A stretch of DNA of 64,000 bases from NCBI RefSeq assembly GCF_024502345.1, contig NZ_JALDNN010000001.1; one strand, given 5' to 3'. Within the stretch, counting starts at the first letter, position 1; the number at the start of each line of letters is the position of its first letter. Both the position numbers and the translations under genes were made by a program. Source of the stretch: Escherichia coli (GTDB lineage Bacteria > Pseudomonadota > Gammaproteobacteria > Enterobacterales > Enterobacteriaceae). The notes beneath the pieces are model-generated. The model saw only the letters and a list, made by a program, of their open reading frames with translations. It had not been told where the DNA came from and searched no databases. Shown here one piece after another: positions 30,664-43,699 of this stretch.

Positions 30664-33210
30664 TCACGAAAAATACTGCTGTAATAGCGGCGTATCGTGA
30701 TCCTGATTGGCAGGCGGCATGTTACCGATAGATTTTGTGCGGAACGGAATCACCTGTTCACGACCATCAACCTTCACAATCTGATAGAACTGCGGCAGGT
30801 TGAAGTTGATGAAGCTTGAGCCGTAGGTAAAACGGTCATGCGATGACGAGTAGAAGCGACTGACGTCACGTACCAGCTCCTCTTTGCTGCCTTCGCAGTG
30901 GTGATATACCTCAACCCGGTTGCTTTCGTCGAGAATGTAGATATTAAAGCCATTCTCGTCTTGCGTTTCTTCGAAAAAGAACTGGATGATCCCTTCGCTG
31001 GCAAAGCCGTCCACCACCGCCGGTAATTTGACGTGATTGGTTTCAACCTGCACTGACAGGCCGTGCAGTTTGTTATGCGAAATCGCGCCATAAAACTCGA
31101 TGGCGTTTTCCAGTTTCTGTACCGATACATTCAGGCGTTCGAAGAACACCCCCCAGGTTTGACCAGAAACGCGCAGCGCCTTGAAACGCCCGGTTTCCTG
31201 GCGGGTGCTGGAAAGACGCAATTCAATACACTCAGAAACCAGTTGCTGCACGCGAGTACGGATTAACCCGCGCAGATGCTGACTATAACAGAAGACTTCC
31301 ACGCTATCTGGCGGTGCGGCGTCCTGATGCATTTTGCCGAGAATAGTTTTCAGGGCTTCGATCATCGATTGCTCGCCGTTGAAGTGCAGCGTACGCACTT
31401 CGTTCCACGAGTTGCGGTACAGCAGGTCAACGCTACCTACCAGGCAATTTTGATTCTCGCCAAAGCTGAAGACATCCAGCTTACGGAAATCGAAATGCAC
31501 CACCTGATTGCGGAACGCAGCTGTCGGGTCATATTCCAGGTTAACGATAATCGCCAGATGGCGGATCTCACACGGGCTGTAGAGCGCCTTCGGTGTCGGT
31601 GCAGGTAAGCGCAGCGGGAAATGGTGCGACACGTCGGCGACCATCTCCTGCAACTTAGGCAAATCGACAATGCCGTTACCTTTAATATACAAACGGGTGC
31701 GCGAGGTCAGCAGGCCGTTAAACCATGCCCACGCCACCAGTTTATTCAGGTAACGGTTATATTCCAGCGGCTGATGGCTGATGATCGACTCAATATTTGG
31801 CGCGCGGTTATACAGATACCAACCTGAACGGTTAGCCCGGCCCGGCGGCACATAAATAAAGGTCAGATTCGGTTCCGAGAGATCGGGTGAAATCTGCGGG
31901 TTTACCAGCGTCACTTTACCTGGTAATGCTTCAAACGCGGCATACAGCTTACGCGTCAGCACGCCGATATCCTGCGGACTGGCGGAGACGCTAAGGTTAT
32001 TGCGACGCGCAAAGCGGATCAGATTACGGTAGCTCTGCATCATCGCGTCGAGCAACTCGTTGTGCGCCTCACGCACCTGATCAATCTTCCAGTTAGCGCG
32101 GTTATCGAGCATTGCCAGACGAGCTTCGTCCCAACCCCACTCGCTCACTAACTGGCTCAACACTGCGCGACGCCAGCCTACACAGGCGCGTTCACGGCTG
32201 AGCTTTTCGCACACTTTTAAATAGAAGCAGCGACGTACTAAATCCAGACGGGTGAAATCTTCAATCGCCTTCAGGTATTCAGTAACACGCTCCAGCATCA
32301 TGCAGTATGGATCGAGACCAAACGATACAATCTCGCCGTCGTGCAAACGCTGTTTGATATCTTTCGCCAGCAGACGTGGGTTCGGGTATTCCCAGGAATA
32401 GGCTTCCAGCAGCAGTGTTTTCAGTACCGCTTTGTATGGGGAATCGATACTCTTGTAGAGCTGCCAAAGGCTGGCACCAAAGTACTCTTCAGCAGAAAGC
32501 GAGCTTAAGCCACCGAGATCCAGCCATTCATTTGGCGTCAGCACGCCCTGCGCGTAAAGCGTCATCACATAGTCGTCGTAATGCTCTTCTTCGTCGCACG
32601 GCACCATATTCCACAGAATACGCTTACCGGCGAGACGCACGGCGGTACGATAAAATTCATCAAGCAGCAGTATATGCTGGGTGGAGCCACAATCTTCGCC
32701 CCCCAGGCTGCCGCTTTCATTATGACGGAAGCGGTTTTCATCAATCAGGAAGAAGCTGACTTCCACACCCAGCGAGGCGGCCCAGCTTTCCAGCAGGCTA
32801 CATTTACGTTGTAGCAATTGGCGCTCTTCGCTATCGAGCCAGGATTGATGACAGACCCAGATATCCAGGTCAGAGGAACAACTTTGCCCTACGGACGAGG
32901 TGCTGCCCATGGTGTATACACCAGTAATTGGAAGCTCACCTTTCGGCGGGTCCTGTACTGACATTCCACGATACAGTTCAAGCTCGTTCAGGTAGTGGCG
33001 TTGAGTTTCATCAGGCGTGTAAAGGCAAATGCCTTTGGGAACGTTACCATCAAGGTAACCCGGCATTAGCGGATGGTGATAGTGCAACAATGTCGGCAGT
33101 AGACTGTAGACCTGTTGGAATGCAGGCCCCATAGCAGCAAGCGCGCGATCCACACGCAATTGATTTATGGCATCCAGTCTCTGTTTCAGAGTCTCAATAT
33201 AGAGGTACAA
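30664..33210 (-). CDS. cyaA: Adenylate cyclase (class I), TTG start
   Basis: 848-aa ORF beginning (TTG) [32 protein letters not shown].., the known CyaA N-terminus. Confidence 0.97.
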   Translation of the reverse strand: MYLYIETLKQRLDAINQLRVDRALAAMGPAFQQVYSLLPTLLHYHHPLMPGYLDGNVPKGICLYTPDETQRHYLNELELYRGMSVQDPPKGELPITGVYTMGSTSSVGQSCSSDLDIWVCHQSWLDSEERQLLQRKCSLLESWAASLGVEVSFFLIDENRFRHNESGSLGGEDCGSTQHILLLDEFYRTAVRLAGKRILWNMVPCDEEEHYDDYVMTLYAQGVLTPNEWLDLGGLSSLSAEEYFGASLWQLYKSIDSPYKAVLKTLLLEAYSWEYPNPRLLAKDIKQRLHDGEIVSFGLDPYCMMLERVTEYLKAIEDFTRLDLVRRCFYLKVCEKLSRERACVGWRRAVLSQLVSEWGWDEARLAMLDNRANWKIDQVREAHNELLDAMMQSYRNLIRFARRNNLSVSASPQDIGVLTRKLYAAFEALPGKVTLVNPQISPDLSEPNLTFIYVPPGRANRSGWYLYNRAPNIESIISHQPLEYNRYLNKLVAWAWFNGLLTSRTRLYIKGNGIVDLPKLQEMVADVSHHFPLRLPAPTPKALYSPCEIRHLAIIVNLEYDPTAAFRNQVVHFDFRKLDVFSFGENQNCLVGSVDLLYRNSWNEVRTLHFNGEQSMIEALKTILGKMHQDAAPPDSVEVFCYSQHLRGLIRTRVQQLVSECIELRLSSTRQETGRFKALRVSGQTWGVFFERLNVSVQKLENAIEFYGAISHNKLHGLSVQVETNHVKLPAVVDGFASEGIIQFFFEETQDENGFNIYILDESNRVEVYHHCEGSKEELVRDVSRFYSSSHDRFTYGSSFINFNLPQFYQIVKVDGREQVIPFRTKSIGNMPPANQDHDTPLLQQYFS

Positions 33211-33596
33211 GACGTATCGCCTGATTTGCTACCCGTCATGACTGTGATTCCGCCAACATCAACGGTAACACGCGGCATTCGGGATATTTCGTATGTCAAA
33301 GGTAACCGTTACCACTTTTCGCGCCTGGTTTTTTTAGTTTCACGACGAAAAAATGGTCTAAAACGTGATCAATTTAACACCTTGCTGATTGACCGTAAAG
33401 AAAGATGCGCTACATACAAGTGTAGCACCGTTTATTCTCTGTAAATTCCTTATTACGACGGCGTGAAACGCCTGTCAGGATCCACTGCCAGACCTCATTT
33501 TACGGTTTGCGCAGGCGTCTACGTTTCACCACAACACTGACATCACTCTGGCAAGGATGTTAGGATGGACCACGGATGATAATGACGGTAACAAGC

Positions 33597-34538
33597 ATGT
33601 TAGACAATGTTTTAAGAATTGCCACACGCCAAAGCCCACTTGCACTCTGGCAGGCACACTATGTCAAAGACAAGTTGATGGCGAGCCATCCGGGCCTGGT
33701 CGTTGAACTGGTACCGATGGTGACGCGCGGCGATGTGATTCTTGATACGCCGCTGGCGAAAGTCGGCGGAAAAGGCTTATTTGTAAAAGAGCTGGAAGTC
33801 GCGCTCCTCGAAAATCGCGCCGATATCGCCGTACATTCAATGAAAGATGTGCCGGTTGAATTCCCGCAAGGTCTGGGGCTGGTCACTATTTGCGAGCGTG
33901 AAGATCCTCGCGATGCCTTTGTGTCCAATAACTATGACAGTCTGGATGCGTTACCGGCAGGCAGTATCGTCGGGACGTCCAGTTTACGTCGCCAGTGCCA
34001 ACTGGCTGAACGCCGCCCGGATCTAATTATCCGCTCCCTGCGCGGCAACGTCGGCACTCGCCTGAGCAAACTGGATAACGGCGAATACGATGCCATCATT
34101 CTTGCCGTAGCCGGACTAAAACGTTTAGGTCTGGAGTCCCGCATTCGCGCCGCGTTGCCACCCGAGATTTCTCTACCGGCGGTAGGGCAAGGTGCGGTGG
34201 GTATTGAATGCCGCCTTGATGATACACGCACTCGCAAGCTGCTTGCCGCGCTGAATCACCACGAAACTGCACTGCGCGTTACCGCAGAACGCGCCATGAA
34301 TACCCGTCTCGAAGGCGGATGTCAGGTGCCAATTGGTAGCTACGCCGAGCTTATTGATGGCGAAATCTGGCTGCGTGCGCTGGTCGGCGCGCCGGACGGC
34401 TCGCAGATTATTCGCGGTGAACGCCGCGGTGCGCCGCAAGATGCCGAACAAATGGGGATTTCGCTGGCAGAAGAGCTACTGAATAACGGCGCGCGCGAGA
34501 TCCTCGCTGAAGTCTATAACGGAGACGCCCCGGCATGA
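33597..34538 (+). CDS. hemC: Porphobilinogen deaminase (hydroxymethylbilane synthase)
   Basis: Start [20 protein letters not shown]..; divergent from cyaA; followed by hemD. Confidence 0.95.
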   Translation: MLDNVLRIATRQSPLALWQAHYVKDKLMASHPGLVVELVPMVTRGDVILDTPLAKVGGKGLFVKELEVALLENRADIAVHSMKDVPVEFPQGLGLVTICEREDPRDAFVSNNYDSLDALPAGSIVGTSSLRRQCQLAERRPDLIIRSLRGNVGTRLSKLDNGEYDAIILAVAGLKRLGLESRIRAALPPEISLPAVGQGAVGIECRLDDTRTRKLLAALNHHETALRVTAERAMNTRLEGGCQVPIGSYAELIDGEIWLRALVGAPDGSQIIRGERRGAPQDAEQMGISLAEELLNNGAREILAEVYNGDAPA

Positions 34539-35275
34539 GTATCCTGGTCACCCGCCCGTCTCCCGCTGGAGAAGAGTTAGTGAGCCGTCTGCGCACACTG
34601 GGGCAGGTGGCCTGGCATTTTCCGCTGATTGAGTTTTCTCCGGGTCGACAATTACCGCAACTTGCTGATCAACTGGCAGCGCTGGGGGAGAGCGATCTGT
34701 TGTTTGCCCTCTCGCAACACGCGGTTGCTTTTGCCCAATCACAGCTGCATCAGCAAGATCGTAAATGGCCCCGACTACCTACTTATTTCGCCATTGGACG
34801 CACCACCGCACTGGCACTACATACCCTAAGCGGACAGAAGATTCTCTACCCGCAGGATCGGGAAATCAGCGAAGTCTTGCTACAATTACCTGAATTACAA
34901 AATATTGCGGGCAAACGTGCGCTGATATTACGTGGCAATGGCGGTCGTGAACTAATTGGGGATACCCTGACGGCGCGCGGTGCTGAGGTCACTTTTTGTG
35001 AATGTTATCAACGATGCGCAATCCATTACGATGGTGCAGAAGAAGCGATGCGCTGGCAATCCCGCGAGGTGACGACGGTCGTTGTTACCAGCGGTGAAAT
35101 GTTGCAGCAACTCTGGTCGCTGATCCCACAATGGTATCGTGAGCACTGGTTACTACACTGTCGACTATTGGTCGTCAGTGAGCGTTTGGCGAAACTCGCC
35201 CGGGAACTGGGCTGGCAAGACATTAAGGTCGCCGATAACGCTGACAACGATGCGCTTTTACGGGCATTACAATAA
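34535..35275 (+). CDS. hemD: Uroporphyrinogen-III synthase
   Basis: 246-aa ORF overlapping hemC stop by 4 bp; synteny hemCDXY. Confidence 0.95.
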   Translation: MSILVTRPSPAGEELVSRLRTLGQVAWHFPLIEFSPGRQLPQLADQLAALGESDLLFALSQHAVAFAQSQLHQQDRKWPRLPTYFAIGRTTALALHTLSGQKILYPQDREISEVLLQLPELQNIAGKRALILRGNGGRELIGDTLTARGAEVTFCECYQRCAIHYDGAEEAMRWQSREVTTVVVTSGEMLQQLWSLIPQWYREHWLLHCRLLVVSERLAKLARELGWQDIKVADNADNDALLRALQ

Positions 35276-35296
35276 CTCTCATAACAGGAAGCCATA

Positions 35297-36502
35297 ATGA
35301 CGGAACAAGAAAAAACCTCCGCCGTGGTTGAAGAGACCAGGGAGGCCGTGGACACCACGTCACAACCTGTCGCAACAGAAAAAAAGAGTAAGAACAATAC
35401 CGCATTGATTCTCAGCGCGGTGGCTATCGCTATTGCTCTGGCGGCGGGCGTCGGTTTGTATGGCTGGGGTAAACAACAGGCCGTCAATCAGACCGCCACC
35501 AGCGATGCCCTGGCTAACCAACTGACGGCATTGCAAAAAGCCCAGGAGAGCCAAAAAGCCGAGCTGGAAGGCATTATTAAGCAACAAGCTGCACAGCTTA
35601 AGCAGGCGAATCGTCAGCAAGAAACGCTGGCAAAACAGTTGGATGAAGTCCAACAAAAGGTCGCCACCATTTCCGGCAGCGATGCTAAAACCTGGCTGCT
35701 GGCTCAGGCCGATTTTCTGGTGAAACTCGCCGGACGGAAGCTGTGGAGCGATCAGGACGTCACGACCGCTGCAGCGTTGCTGAAAAGTGCAGATGCCAGC
35801 CTGGCGGATATGAATGACCCGAGTCTGATTACCGTTCGTCGGGCAATTACCGATGATATCGCCAGCCTTTCTGCAGTTTCGCAGGTGGATTATGACGGCA
35901 TCATCCTTAAGCTTAATCAGCTTTCAAATCAGGTAGATAACCTGCGTCTGGCCGATAATGACAGCGATGGTTCGCCGATGGATTCCGACGGTGAAGAGCT
36001 TTCCAGTTCCATCAGCGAATGGCGTATCAATCTGCAAAAAAGCTGGCAGAACTTTATGGACAACTTCATTACGATTCGCCGTCGTGATGACACCGCCGTA
36101 CCGCTGTTAGCGCCAAATCAGGATATCTATCTGCGCGAAAATATTCGCTCTCGCCTGCTGGTCGCAGCACAAGCTGTACCGCGTCATCAGGAAGAGACTT
36201 ATCGCCAGGCGCTGGAGAACGTCTCCACCTGGGTACGTGCTTACTACGATACTGATGATGCCACCACCAAAGCGTTCCTCGACGAGGTGGACCAGTTAAG
36301 CCAGCAAAATATCTCGATGGATCTTCCGGAAACCCTGCAAAGCCAGGCGATGCTGGAAAAACTGATGCAGACTCGCGTACGTAACCTGCTGGCACAACCG
36401 GCAGCGGGGACAACGGAAGCTAAACCTGCACCTGCACCTGCACCTGCACCTGCACCTGCACCGCAAGGTGATACTCCGGCAGCCGCGCCGCAAGGAGAAT
36501 AA
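35297..36502 (+). CDS. hemX: HemX (uroporphyrinogen-III C-methyltransferase-like membrane protein), contains (AP)n repeat
   Basis: 401-aa ORF with N-terminal TM segment, coiled-coil region and C-terminal [13 protein letters not shown] tract. Confidence 0.9.
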   Translation: MTEQEKTSAVVEETREAVDTTSQPVATEKKSKNNTALILSAVAIAIALAAGVGLYGWGKQQAVNQTATSDALANQLTALQKAQESQKAELEGIIKQQAAQLKQANRQQETLAKQLDEVQQKVATISGSDAKTWLLAQADFLVKLAGRKLWSDQDVTTAAALLKSADASLADMNDPSLITVRRAITDDIASLSAVSQVDYDGIILKLNQLSNQVDNLRLADNDSDGSPMDSDGEELSSSISEWRINLQKSWQNFMDNFITIRRRDDTAVPLLAPNQDIYLRENIRSRLLVAAQAVPRHQEETYRQALENVSTWVRAYYDTDDATTKAFLDEVDQLSQQNISMDLPETLQSQAMLEKLMQTRVRNLLAQPAAGTTEAKPAPAPAPAPAPAPQGDTPAAAPQGE

Positions 36503-36504
36503 CC

Positions 36505-37701
36505 ATGCTAAAAGTGTTATTACTCTTTGTTTTGCTGATTGCGGGGATAGTGGTTGGCCCGATGATTGCCGGTCATCAGGGTTACGTGCTGATCCAGACT
36601 GACAACTACAATATCGAAACCAGCGTCACGGGCCTGGCGATTATTTTGATTCTGGCGATGGTAGTGCTGTTTGCCATTGAGTGGCTACTGCGGCGGATCT
36701 TCCGCACAGGCGCACACACCCGTGGGTGGTTTGTCGGACGTAAGCGTCGTCGTGCCCGTAAGCAGACCGAACAGGCGCTGCTGAAACTGGCGGAAGGCGA
36801 TTATCAGCAAGTTGAAAAGCTGATGGCGAAAAATGCCGATCACGCGGAACAACCGGTGGTGAACTATCTACTGGCTGCCGAAGCCGCGCAACAACGTGGT
36901 GATGAAGCACGCGCCAACCAACATCTGGAACGCGCAGCAGAGCTGGCCGGCAATGACACCATTCCGGTAGAAATCACCCGTGTACGTCTGCAACTGGCCC
37001 GTAATGAAAACCATGCTGCACGCCACGGCGTGGATAAGCTGCTGGAAGTTACGCCACGCCATCCGGAAGTATTACGTCTGGCGGAACAGGCGTATATCCG
37101 CACAGGTGCATGGAGTTCGCTGCTGGATATCATCCCATCAATGGCGAAAGCCCATGTTGGTGATGAAGAACATCGTGCAATGCTGGAACAACAGGCATGG
37201 ATTGGCCTGATGGATCAGGCGCGTGCCGATAACGGTAGTGAAGGTTTGCGTAACTGGTGGAAAAACCAAAGCCGGAAAACGCGTCATCAGGTAGCGTTGC
37301 AGGTGGCAATGGCGGAACATCTTATTGAATGTGACGATCATGATACTGCCCAGCAAATTATCATCGATGGCCTGAAACGCCAGTACGACGATCGCCTACT
37401 GCTGCCGATTCCTCGACTGAAAACAAACAATCCGGAACAGCTGGAAAAAGTGCTGCGCCAGCAAATCAAAAACGTCGGCGATCGCCCGCTGTTGTGGAGC
37501 ACACTGGGCCAGTCACTGATGAAGCACGGAGAATGGCAGGAAGCATCGCTCGCCTTCCGCGCAGCGCTGAAACAACGTCCGGACGCCTACGATTACGCAT
37601 GGCTTGCCGACGCGCTGGACAGACTGCACAAGCCGGAAGAAGCTGCAGCGATGCGTCGCGACGGTTTGATGTTAACGTTGCAGAACAACCCACCACAGTA
37701 G
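36505..37701 (+). CDS. hemY: HemY, TPR-containing inner membrane protein
   Basis: 398-aa ORF with two N-terminal TM helices; synteny. Confidence 0.9.
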   Translation: MLKVLLLFVLLIAGIVVGPMIAGHQGYVLIQTDNYNIETSVTGLAIILILAMVVLFAIEWLLRRIFRTGAHTRGWFVGRKRRRARKQTEQALLKLAEGDYQQVEKLMAKNADHAEQPVVNYLLAAEAAQQRGDEARANQHLERAAELAGNDTIPVEITRVRLQLARNENHAARHGVDKLLEVTPRHPEVLRLAEQAYIRTGAWSSLLDIIPSMAKAHVGDEEHRAMLEQQAWIGLMDQARADNGSEGLRNWWKNQSRKTRHQVALQVAMAEHLIECDDHDTAQQIIIDGLKRQYDDRLLLPIPRLKTNNPEQLEKVLRQQIKNVGDRPLLWSTLGQSLMKHGEWQEASLAFRAALKQRPDAYDYAWLADALDRLHKPEEAAAMRRDGLMLTLQNNPPQ

Positions 37702-37748
37702 TTCCTTCTCACCCGGAGGCAAGCACCTCCGGGGCCTTCCTGATACAT

Positions 37749-37955
37749 AAAAAAACGCCTGCTCTTATTACGGAGCAGGCGTTAAAACAGGTCTGTATGA
37801 CAACAAGTGGGTGCTTCACTCAACGTTGTGTCCATGGTGTCTGATGAGGCATAAGCGACATCTGTCAGTGGACGATAAGCACCGTAAACGGCTCTGCGTC
37901 ATTCCGGAGTTTATGAGGCACTAAGGCGAACATAAGAGATGGAATGAGCATCTAC
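37749..37955 (-). ncRNA. glmZ: Small RNA GlmZ (regulator of glmS translation)
   Basis: About 207 nt on minus strand in the hemY-aslA spacer, ending in a 10-bp stem hairpin (GCCTGCTCCGTAATAAGAGCAGGCG) plus T7 run; sequence recognised from memory of E. coli GlmZ. Confidence 0.75.
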
Positions 37956-38379
37956 TCGTTTATTATGCCACAGAGAATCGGGAAATAACATCCCTTAACA
38001 CTTGTTATGAGATAATTCTGTAATCCTCTTTGCTTCCTGAGTAATAACTTCCTGAGTGAATATTTAACCTGAGCTTGATCCTACACATACTTATTATGAA
38101 TGATAAAATTCATTCAATTAATAACACATATATTAATTGCCGTTAAAACTAAAAACAGCATCAATAATCAACGCGATATAATAAACCTGCCTTACATATC
38201 AACTGTGACAGAGGTAGGATTGAAAATGCTCTCCTGATTTTCTAATTCATTTTCTGGATAAATAAATAATTTATTTTTATCACTATTATTTATGTAATCA
38301 TCCTGTCAGGGAGAGGGATCTCAATTATCAATGCTTAATTACGTCATCATTTTGTTGACATGAAACCGGAGCATTTTGC

Positions 38380-40035
38380 ATGGAATTTTCGTTTTCACCC
38401 AAACTTCTTGTTGTTGCTGTCGCCGCCGCTCTTCCTCTCATGGCCAGCGCAGCAGATACCCCGTCAACTGCCACCGCACGCAAAGGCTTTGCCGGATACG
38501 ATCACCCAAACCAGTATCTGGTTAAACCGGCGACCACTATTGCCGACAACATGATGCCAGTAATGCAGCATCCGGCGCAGGATAAAGAAACCCAGCAGAA
38601 GCTGGCAGAACTTGAGAAAAAAACCGGTAAGAAACCGAATGTGGTTGTTTTCTTGCTGGACGATGTGGGCTGGATGGACGTCGGTTTTAACGGTGGCGGC
38701 GTGGCGGTAGGTAACCCTACACCAGATATCGACGCCGTTGCCAGCCAGGGGCTGATTTTAACTTCGGCGTATTCTCAACCAAGCTCTTCCCCAACCCGCG
38801 CCACTATTCTCACCGGACAATACTCCATCCACCACGGCATTCTGATGCCGCCAATGTATGGGCAACCGGGCGGGCTGCAAGGGTTAACCACGCTGCCGCA
38901 ACTGCTGCACGATCAGGGCTACGTCACCCAGGCCATCGGGAAATGGCATATGGGGGAAAACAAAGAGTCGCAGCCGCAGAACGTTGGCTTTGATGATTTC
39001 CGTGGCTTTAACTCGGTGTCTGATATGTACACCGAATGGCGCGATGTTCACGTAAACCCGGAAGTGGCCCTGAGTCCGGACCGTTCTGAATACATCAAGC
39101 AATTACCATTTAGCAAAGATGACGTTCATGCGGTGCGCGGCGGCGAACAACAGGCCATTGCCGACATTACGCCGAAATATATGGAAGATCTGGATCAACG
39201 CTGGATGGAATATGGCGTTAAGTTCCTCGACAAGATGGCGAAGAGTGATAAGCCTTTCTTCCTCTATTACGGCACTCGCGGCTGTCACTTCGATAACTAC
39301 CCGAACGCCAAATATGCGGGTAGCTCTCCGGCACGCACCTCGTATGGCGACTGCATGGTGGAAATGAACGATGTGTTCGCTAATCTGTATAAAGCACTGG
39401 AGAAAAACGGTCAGCTTGATAACACGCTGATTGTCTTTACCTCCGATAACGGACCGGAAGCCGAAGTACCGCCGCACGGACGCACACCGTTCCGTGGTGC
39501 GAAAGGATCTACCTGGGAAGGCGGCGTTCGCGTTCCGACTTTCGTGTACTGGAAAGGGATGATCCAACCGCGTAAATCTGACGGTATTGTCGATCTGGCA
39601 GATCTCTTCCCTACCGCGCTGGATCTGGCAGGGCATCCTGGCGCGAAAGTGGCGAATTTAGTGCCGAAAACCACCTTTATCGATGGTGTGGACCAGACAT
39701 CTTTCTTCCTGGGAACAAATGGTCAGTCTAACCGTAAGGCCGAGCACTACTTCCTCAACGGTAAACTCGCTGCTGTGCGTATGGATGAATTCAAGTATCA
39801 CGTCCAGATTCAGCAACCTTACGCTTATACCCAGAGCGGATATCAGGGTGGATTCACCGGCACAGTAATGCAAACAGCCGGATCGTCGGTGTTTAACCTC
39901 TACACCGATCCGCAGGAGAGCGACTCTATCGGCGTGCGCCATATTCCGATGGGTGTACCGCTACAGACCGAAATGCACGCGTATATGGAGATCCTGAAAA
40001 AATATCCACCACGCGCGCAGATTAAATCTGATTAA
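38380..40035 (+). CDS. aslA: Arylsulfatase (Ser-type sulfatase)
   Basis: 551-aa ORF with signal peptide and sulfatase signature [11 protein letters not shown] (S-x-P-x-R). Confidence 0.9.
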   Translation: MEFSFSPKLLVVAVAAALPLMASAADTPSTATARKGFAGYDHPNQYLVKPATTIADNMMPVMQHPAQDKETQQKLAELEKKTGKKPNVVVFLLDDVGWMDVGFNGGGVAVGNPTPDIDAVASQGLILTSAYSQPSSSPTRATILTGQYSIHHGILMPPMYGQPGGLQGLTTLPQLLHDQGYVTQAIGKWHMGENKESQPQNVGFDDFRGFNSVSDMYTEWRDVHVNPEVALSPDRSEYIKQLPFSKDDVHAVRGGEQQAIADITPKYMEDLDQRWMEYGVKFLDKMAKSDKPFFLYYGTRGCHFDNYPNAKYAGSSPARTSYGDCMVEMNDVFANLYKALEKNGQLDNTLIVFTSDNGPEAEVPPHGRTPFRGAKGSTWEGGVRVPTFVYWKGMIQPRKSDGIVDLADLFPTALDLAGHPGAKVANLVPKTTFIDGVDQTSFFLGTNGQSNRKAEHYFLNGKLAAVRMDEFKYHVQIQQPYAYTQSGYQGGFTGTVMQTAGSSVFNLYTDPQESDSIGVRHIPMGVPLQTEMHAYMEILKKYPPRAQIKSD

Positions 40036-40062
40036 GTCGGCGCTATCGCTGAGATCTGCCTT

Positions 40063-40167
<105 letters not shown>

Positions 40168-40202
40168 AATCAACCGCAGGCGGCCACAAAATGGCCGCTT
40201 TT

Positions 40203-41438
40203 TTACTTACTCACCACCAGCAAATGCGCATGCATAATGTCGCTGGCCGGACGACCGTGTGCCAGCAAATCAGCCATAGCTTTAAGATATGGCGGTAGAT
40301 GGCGGAAATAACGCTGATATCCGGCACACAAATAATTCAGCCCCGGTTTACCGCTGGCATCGAGCATGAAGCGGTGTTTCGGGCAGCCTCCCCAACATAC
40401 TTTTAACACGTTACAACTGCGACACTGCGCCGGTAACTGCTTAAATTTATCTTCACCAAACACCTGCTGTTGCGGGGAATCGATCATTTCTGCAATTGTT
40501 TGCTGGTGCATATTCCCCAGTCGATATTGCGGATAAACATAGTGATCGCAGGCGTAAACATCGCCATTGTGCTCAACAATCACCGAGCGCCCACAGGTTG
40601 GCTGATGATGGCAAACCGCACCCGGCGCACCGACAAAATTGGCAAACGCCCATTCGATATTCATCACGAAAATCTTGCCGACGTCGCGTTTAATCCAGTG
40701 GTCGAATATCGCCACCAGAAATTCACCGAACTCCTCGGGGCGCACCGACCATTCCGTTAGCTCACCCTGAATATCACCAGGCGCATGCAATTTCAGTCCT
40801 TCGCGGGCAGCCGTTTCATCAGCCAGGCGCTCGACCACCGGAATAAACTGGATGAATTCCACTCCCGCATCGCACAAAAAATCATATACCTGCAACGGTT
40901 GCTGCGCGCTGGTGCGATTAACGCAGACCAGCACGTTATAGTCGACATGATGTTTTTGCAGGAACGTCAGGGCACGCATCACCAGCTTATGCGTGGGTCT
41001 GCCACCTTTAGTCACGCGATATTGATTGTGGATCTCAGGCGGGCCATCCAGCGATAAACCAACAAGAAAATGATGCTCCGCGAGAAACGCGCACCATTCG
41101 TCATCCAGCAGCACGCCGTTAGTCTGGAAGCTGTTACTTATCTTCCTGCCAGCACCATATTTCGCCTGTAGCGCTACGGCACGGCGGTAAAACTCCAGCC
41201 CGAGTAGCGTTGGTTCGCCGCCCTGCCAGGTAAAAGCCACTTCGTTTTGCGGTTCGCTGGCAGCGATATAGTGACGGACATACGCTTCCAGCGTGTCATC
41301 GTCCATATGCGTGACTGGCTTTTCGCGGTAAAGGGATTGTTTTTCGAGATAAAAACAGTAGTCACAGTTCAGATTACAATCGGAACCGCTCGGTTTCGCC
41401 ATCACATGAAAAGCACGCGTTGGAACCTGTTGCAGCAT
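40203..41438 (-). CDS. aslB: Anaerobic sulfatase-maturating enzyme (radical SAM)
   Basis: Start MLQQVPTRAFHVMAKPSGSDCNLNCDYC (CxxxCxxC radical-SAM cluster motif); longer six-frame start rejected. Confidence 0.9.
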   Translation of the reverse strand: MLQQVPTRAFHVMAKPSGSDCNLNCDYCFYLEKQSLYREKPVTHMDDDTLEAYVRHYIAASEPQNEVAFTWQGGEPTLLGLEFYRRAVALQAKYGAGRKISNSFQTNGVLLDDEWCAFLAEHHFLVGLSLDGPPEIHNQYRVTKGGRPTHKLVMRALTFLQKHHVDYNVLVCVNRTSAQQPLQVYDFLCDAGVEFIQFIPVVERLADETAAREGLKLHAPGDIQGELTEWSVRPEEFGEFLVAIFDHWIKRDVGKIFVMNIEWAFANFVGAPGAVCHHQPTCGRSVIVEHNGDVYACDHYVYPQYRLGNMHQQTIAEMIDSPQQQVFGEDKFKQLPAQCRSCNVLKVCWGGCPKHRFMLDASGKPGLNYLCAGYQRYFRHLPPYLKAMADLLAHGRPASDIMHAHLLVVSK

Positions 41439-41584
41439 GGTCGCTCCTTGCCTGAAGTCATCCTTCAATACGTTAAGGGCGAAATCATACCGTGTGGCAA
41501 GGAGTTACTACGGGCGTTTATTGCGAAGGGAGAGTGATGGAATGCACAGAAAACAAAAAACCCCGCCGAAGCGGGGTTCAAAAT

Positions 41585-41661
41585 TGGTCGGCGAGAGAGG
41601 ATTCGAACCTCCGACCCACTGGTCCCAAACCAGTTGCGCTACCAAGCTGCGCTACTCGCCG
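41585..41661 (-). tRNA. proM: tRNA-Pro (anticodon UGG)
   Basis: Reverse complement CGGCGAGTAGCGCAGCTTGGTAGCGCAACTGGTTTGGGACCAGTGGGTCGGAGGTTCGAATCCTCTCTCGCCGACCA; cloverleaf with TGG anticodon. Confidence 0.95.
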
Positions 41662-41703
41662 AAATACTGCTTTTTGAATTTTTAGTTCAATTCTTTAAAG
41701 TCG

Positions 41704-41790
41704 TGGTGCGAGGGGGGGGACTTGAACCCCCACGTCCGTAAGGACACTAACACCTGAAGCTAGCGCGTCTACCAATTCCGCCACCTTCGC
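41704..41790 (-). tRNA. leuT: tRNA-Leu (anticodon CAG)
   Basis: 87-nt class II tRNA, reverse complement GCGAAGGTGGCGGAATTGGTAGACGCGCTAGCTTCAGGTG...CACCA. Confidence 0.95.
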
Positions 41791-41800
41791 ATTGTCACAA

Positions 41801-41877
41801 CTTCTAATAATGGGGTGGCTAATGGGATTCGAACCCACGACAACTGGAATCACAATCCAGGGCTCTACCAACTGAGC
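41801..41877 (-). tRNA. hisR: tRNA-His (anticodon GUG)
   Basis: Reverse complement GGTGGCTATAGCTCAGTTGGTAGAGCCCTGGATTGTGATTCCAG...CCACCCCA with extra 5' G. Confidence 0.95.
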
Positions 41878-41944
41878 TATAGCCACCACTACAAATCTTG
41901 TTACGCGGTATTACTACCACCGCAGCTCAAGCGCCGGGACTAAA

Positions 41945-42021
<77 letters not shown>

Positions 42022-42123
42022 TTAGCGCCGTTGCGGGGGTGGATAATACGGACTTCCCACCCCTCTGTCTAGTCCCTTTTTAAATAAATTGCGCGTTTGG
42101 TTACGGTTTGTGCGTTTTGTTGC

Positions 42124-43509
42124 TTATTCCTCCAGTTTATGCGCTTTCCCGTGGCGATTAAGGCCAAAAACTTTATAAATCGCCGTCACCGCCAGCATAA
42201 AGATGATGCCAACAAACAGCGACATACGCGTATCTTCATTAAAGTACATGCCGATCAAAACGCAAATCAGGAATGCCATTGTTACGTAGTTGGCCCACGG
42301 GAACAGGATTGAGCGGAACGGATGGCTGGCAATCGCCGCTTTATGTGCACGCCGAAAACGCAGCTGGCTTATCAATATCACAAACCATGGCACCATCCCC
42401 GGAAGCACGCTGGCACTGTAGACGTAGACAAACACACGCTGCGGATTGGGAATGATGTAGTTCAGGCATGAGCCAATTAGCAGAATAGCAATAGATACTG
42501 CCACACCCGCAACTGGTACGCCGTGACGGGAAACTTTCGCCATCGCCGCCGGTAACTGACGGTTTTTCGCCAGTGCGTAGAGCATACGTCCGCAACTGTA
42601 CATGCCGCTGTTACAGCCAGAGAGCGCAGCCGTCAGCACCACAAAGTTGATAATACCCGCCGCTGCGGTAATACCGATTTTGGCAAAAGTCAGTACGAAC
42701 GGGCTGCCGTTGCTGCCTATTTCATTCCACGGGAAGATGGTGACGATAACGAAAATCGCGCCTACGTAGAAAATCAGGATCCGCCACAGCACTTTGCCTA
42801 CGGCACTGCGCAGCGTCACCTGCGGATTCTTCGCTTCACCGGCAGTAATGCCAATCAGCTCCACGCCCTGGTAGGACGCCACCACAATACACAGCGCGGT
42901 CAGGAACCCTTTCCAGCCACCCGCAAAGAAACCGCCATGCTCTGTGAGATTGCTAAAACCAATCGACTGCCCACCATTGCCAAAGCCAAAGAAAATCACG
43001 CCCAGGCCAATGACAATCATCACGATAATCGTGGTGACTTTGATCATCGCGAACCAGAACTCGATTTCGCCGTACAACCGCACCGCCGCCAGATTCGCCA
43101 ACGCCACCAGCGCCACCGCGATCAATGCGGGTATCCACTGCGCCATCTCCGGGAACCAGAACTGGACATAAACGCCAATGGCGGTGATTTCTGAGATCCC
43201 CACGGCCATCCACATAAACCAGTAAGACCAGGCGGTGAGATAGCCAAAAAACGGGCTCATATAACGATGCGCATAAACGGCGAACGAACCGGTAACCGGT
43301 TCGAGGAACAACATTTCGCCCATTGAACGCATGATGAAAAAGACGAACAGCCCGGCGATGATATAGGCCAACAATACGGATGGCCCGGCCCATTTCAGGG
43401 TACTGGCGGCCCCCATAAACAGGCCGACGCCAATGGTGCCCCCCAGGGCGATGAGTTCGATATGTCGAGCTTCCAGCCCACGCTGTAGCTCTGGTTTGTT
43501 ATCTGCCAT
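42124..43509 (-). CDS. yifK: APC-family amino acid permease
   Basis: 461-aa 12-TM ORF; synteny between tRNA cluster and wecG. Confidence 0.9.
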
Positions 43510-43699
43510 AAATCCTCGTGTTGTGTTTGCATGCTTTCCGGTGTTACCGGTTATCGTTATGGGTACATCGAGTGTTGCGAATGTTTTCGTAATTCAGGAG
43601 AAATGGCAAATAAAGCATTAAAAATTTGAATGCTTTGTGTAATAAAAAAGCAGACAGGCGACGGAGTGACCACTCCGTCGCTTTACAAAGAGAGGAAAA

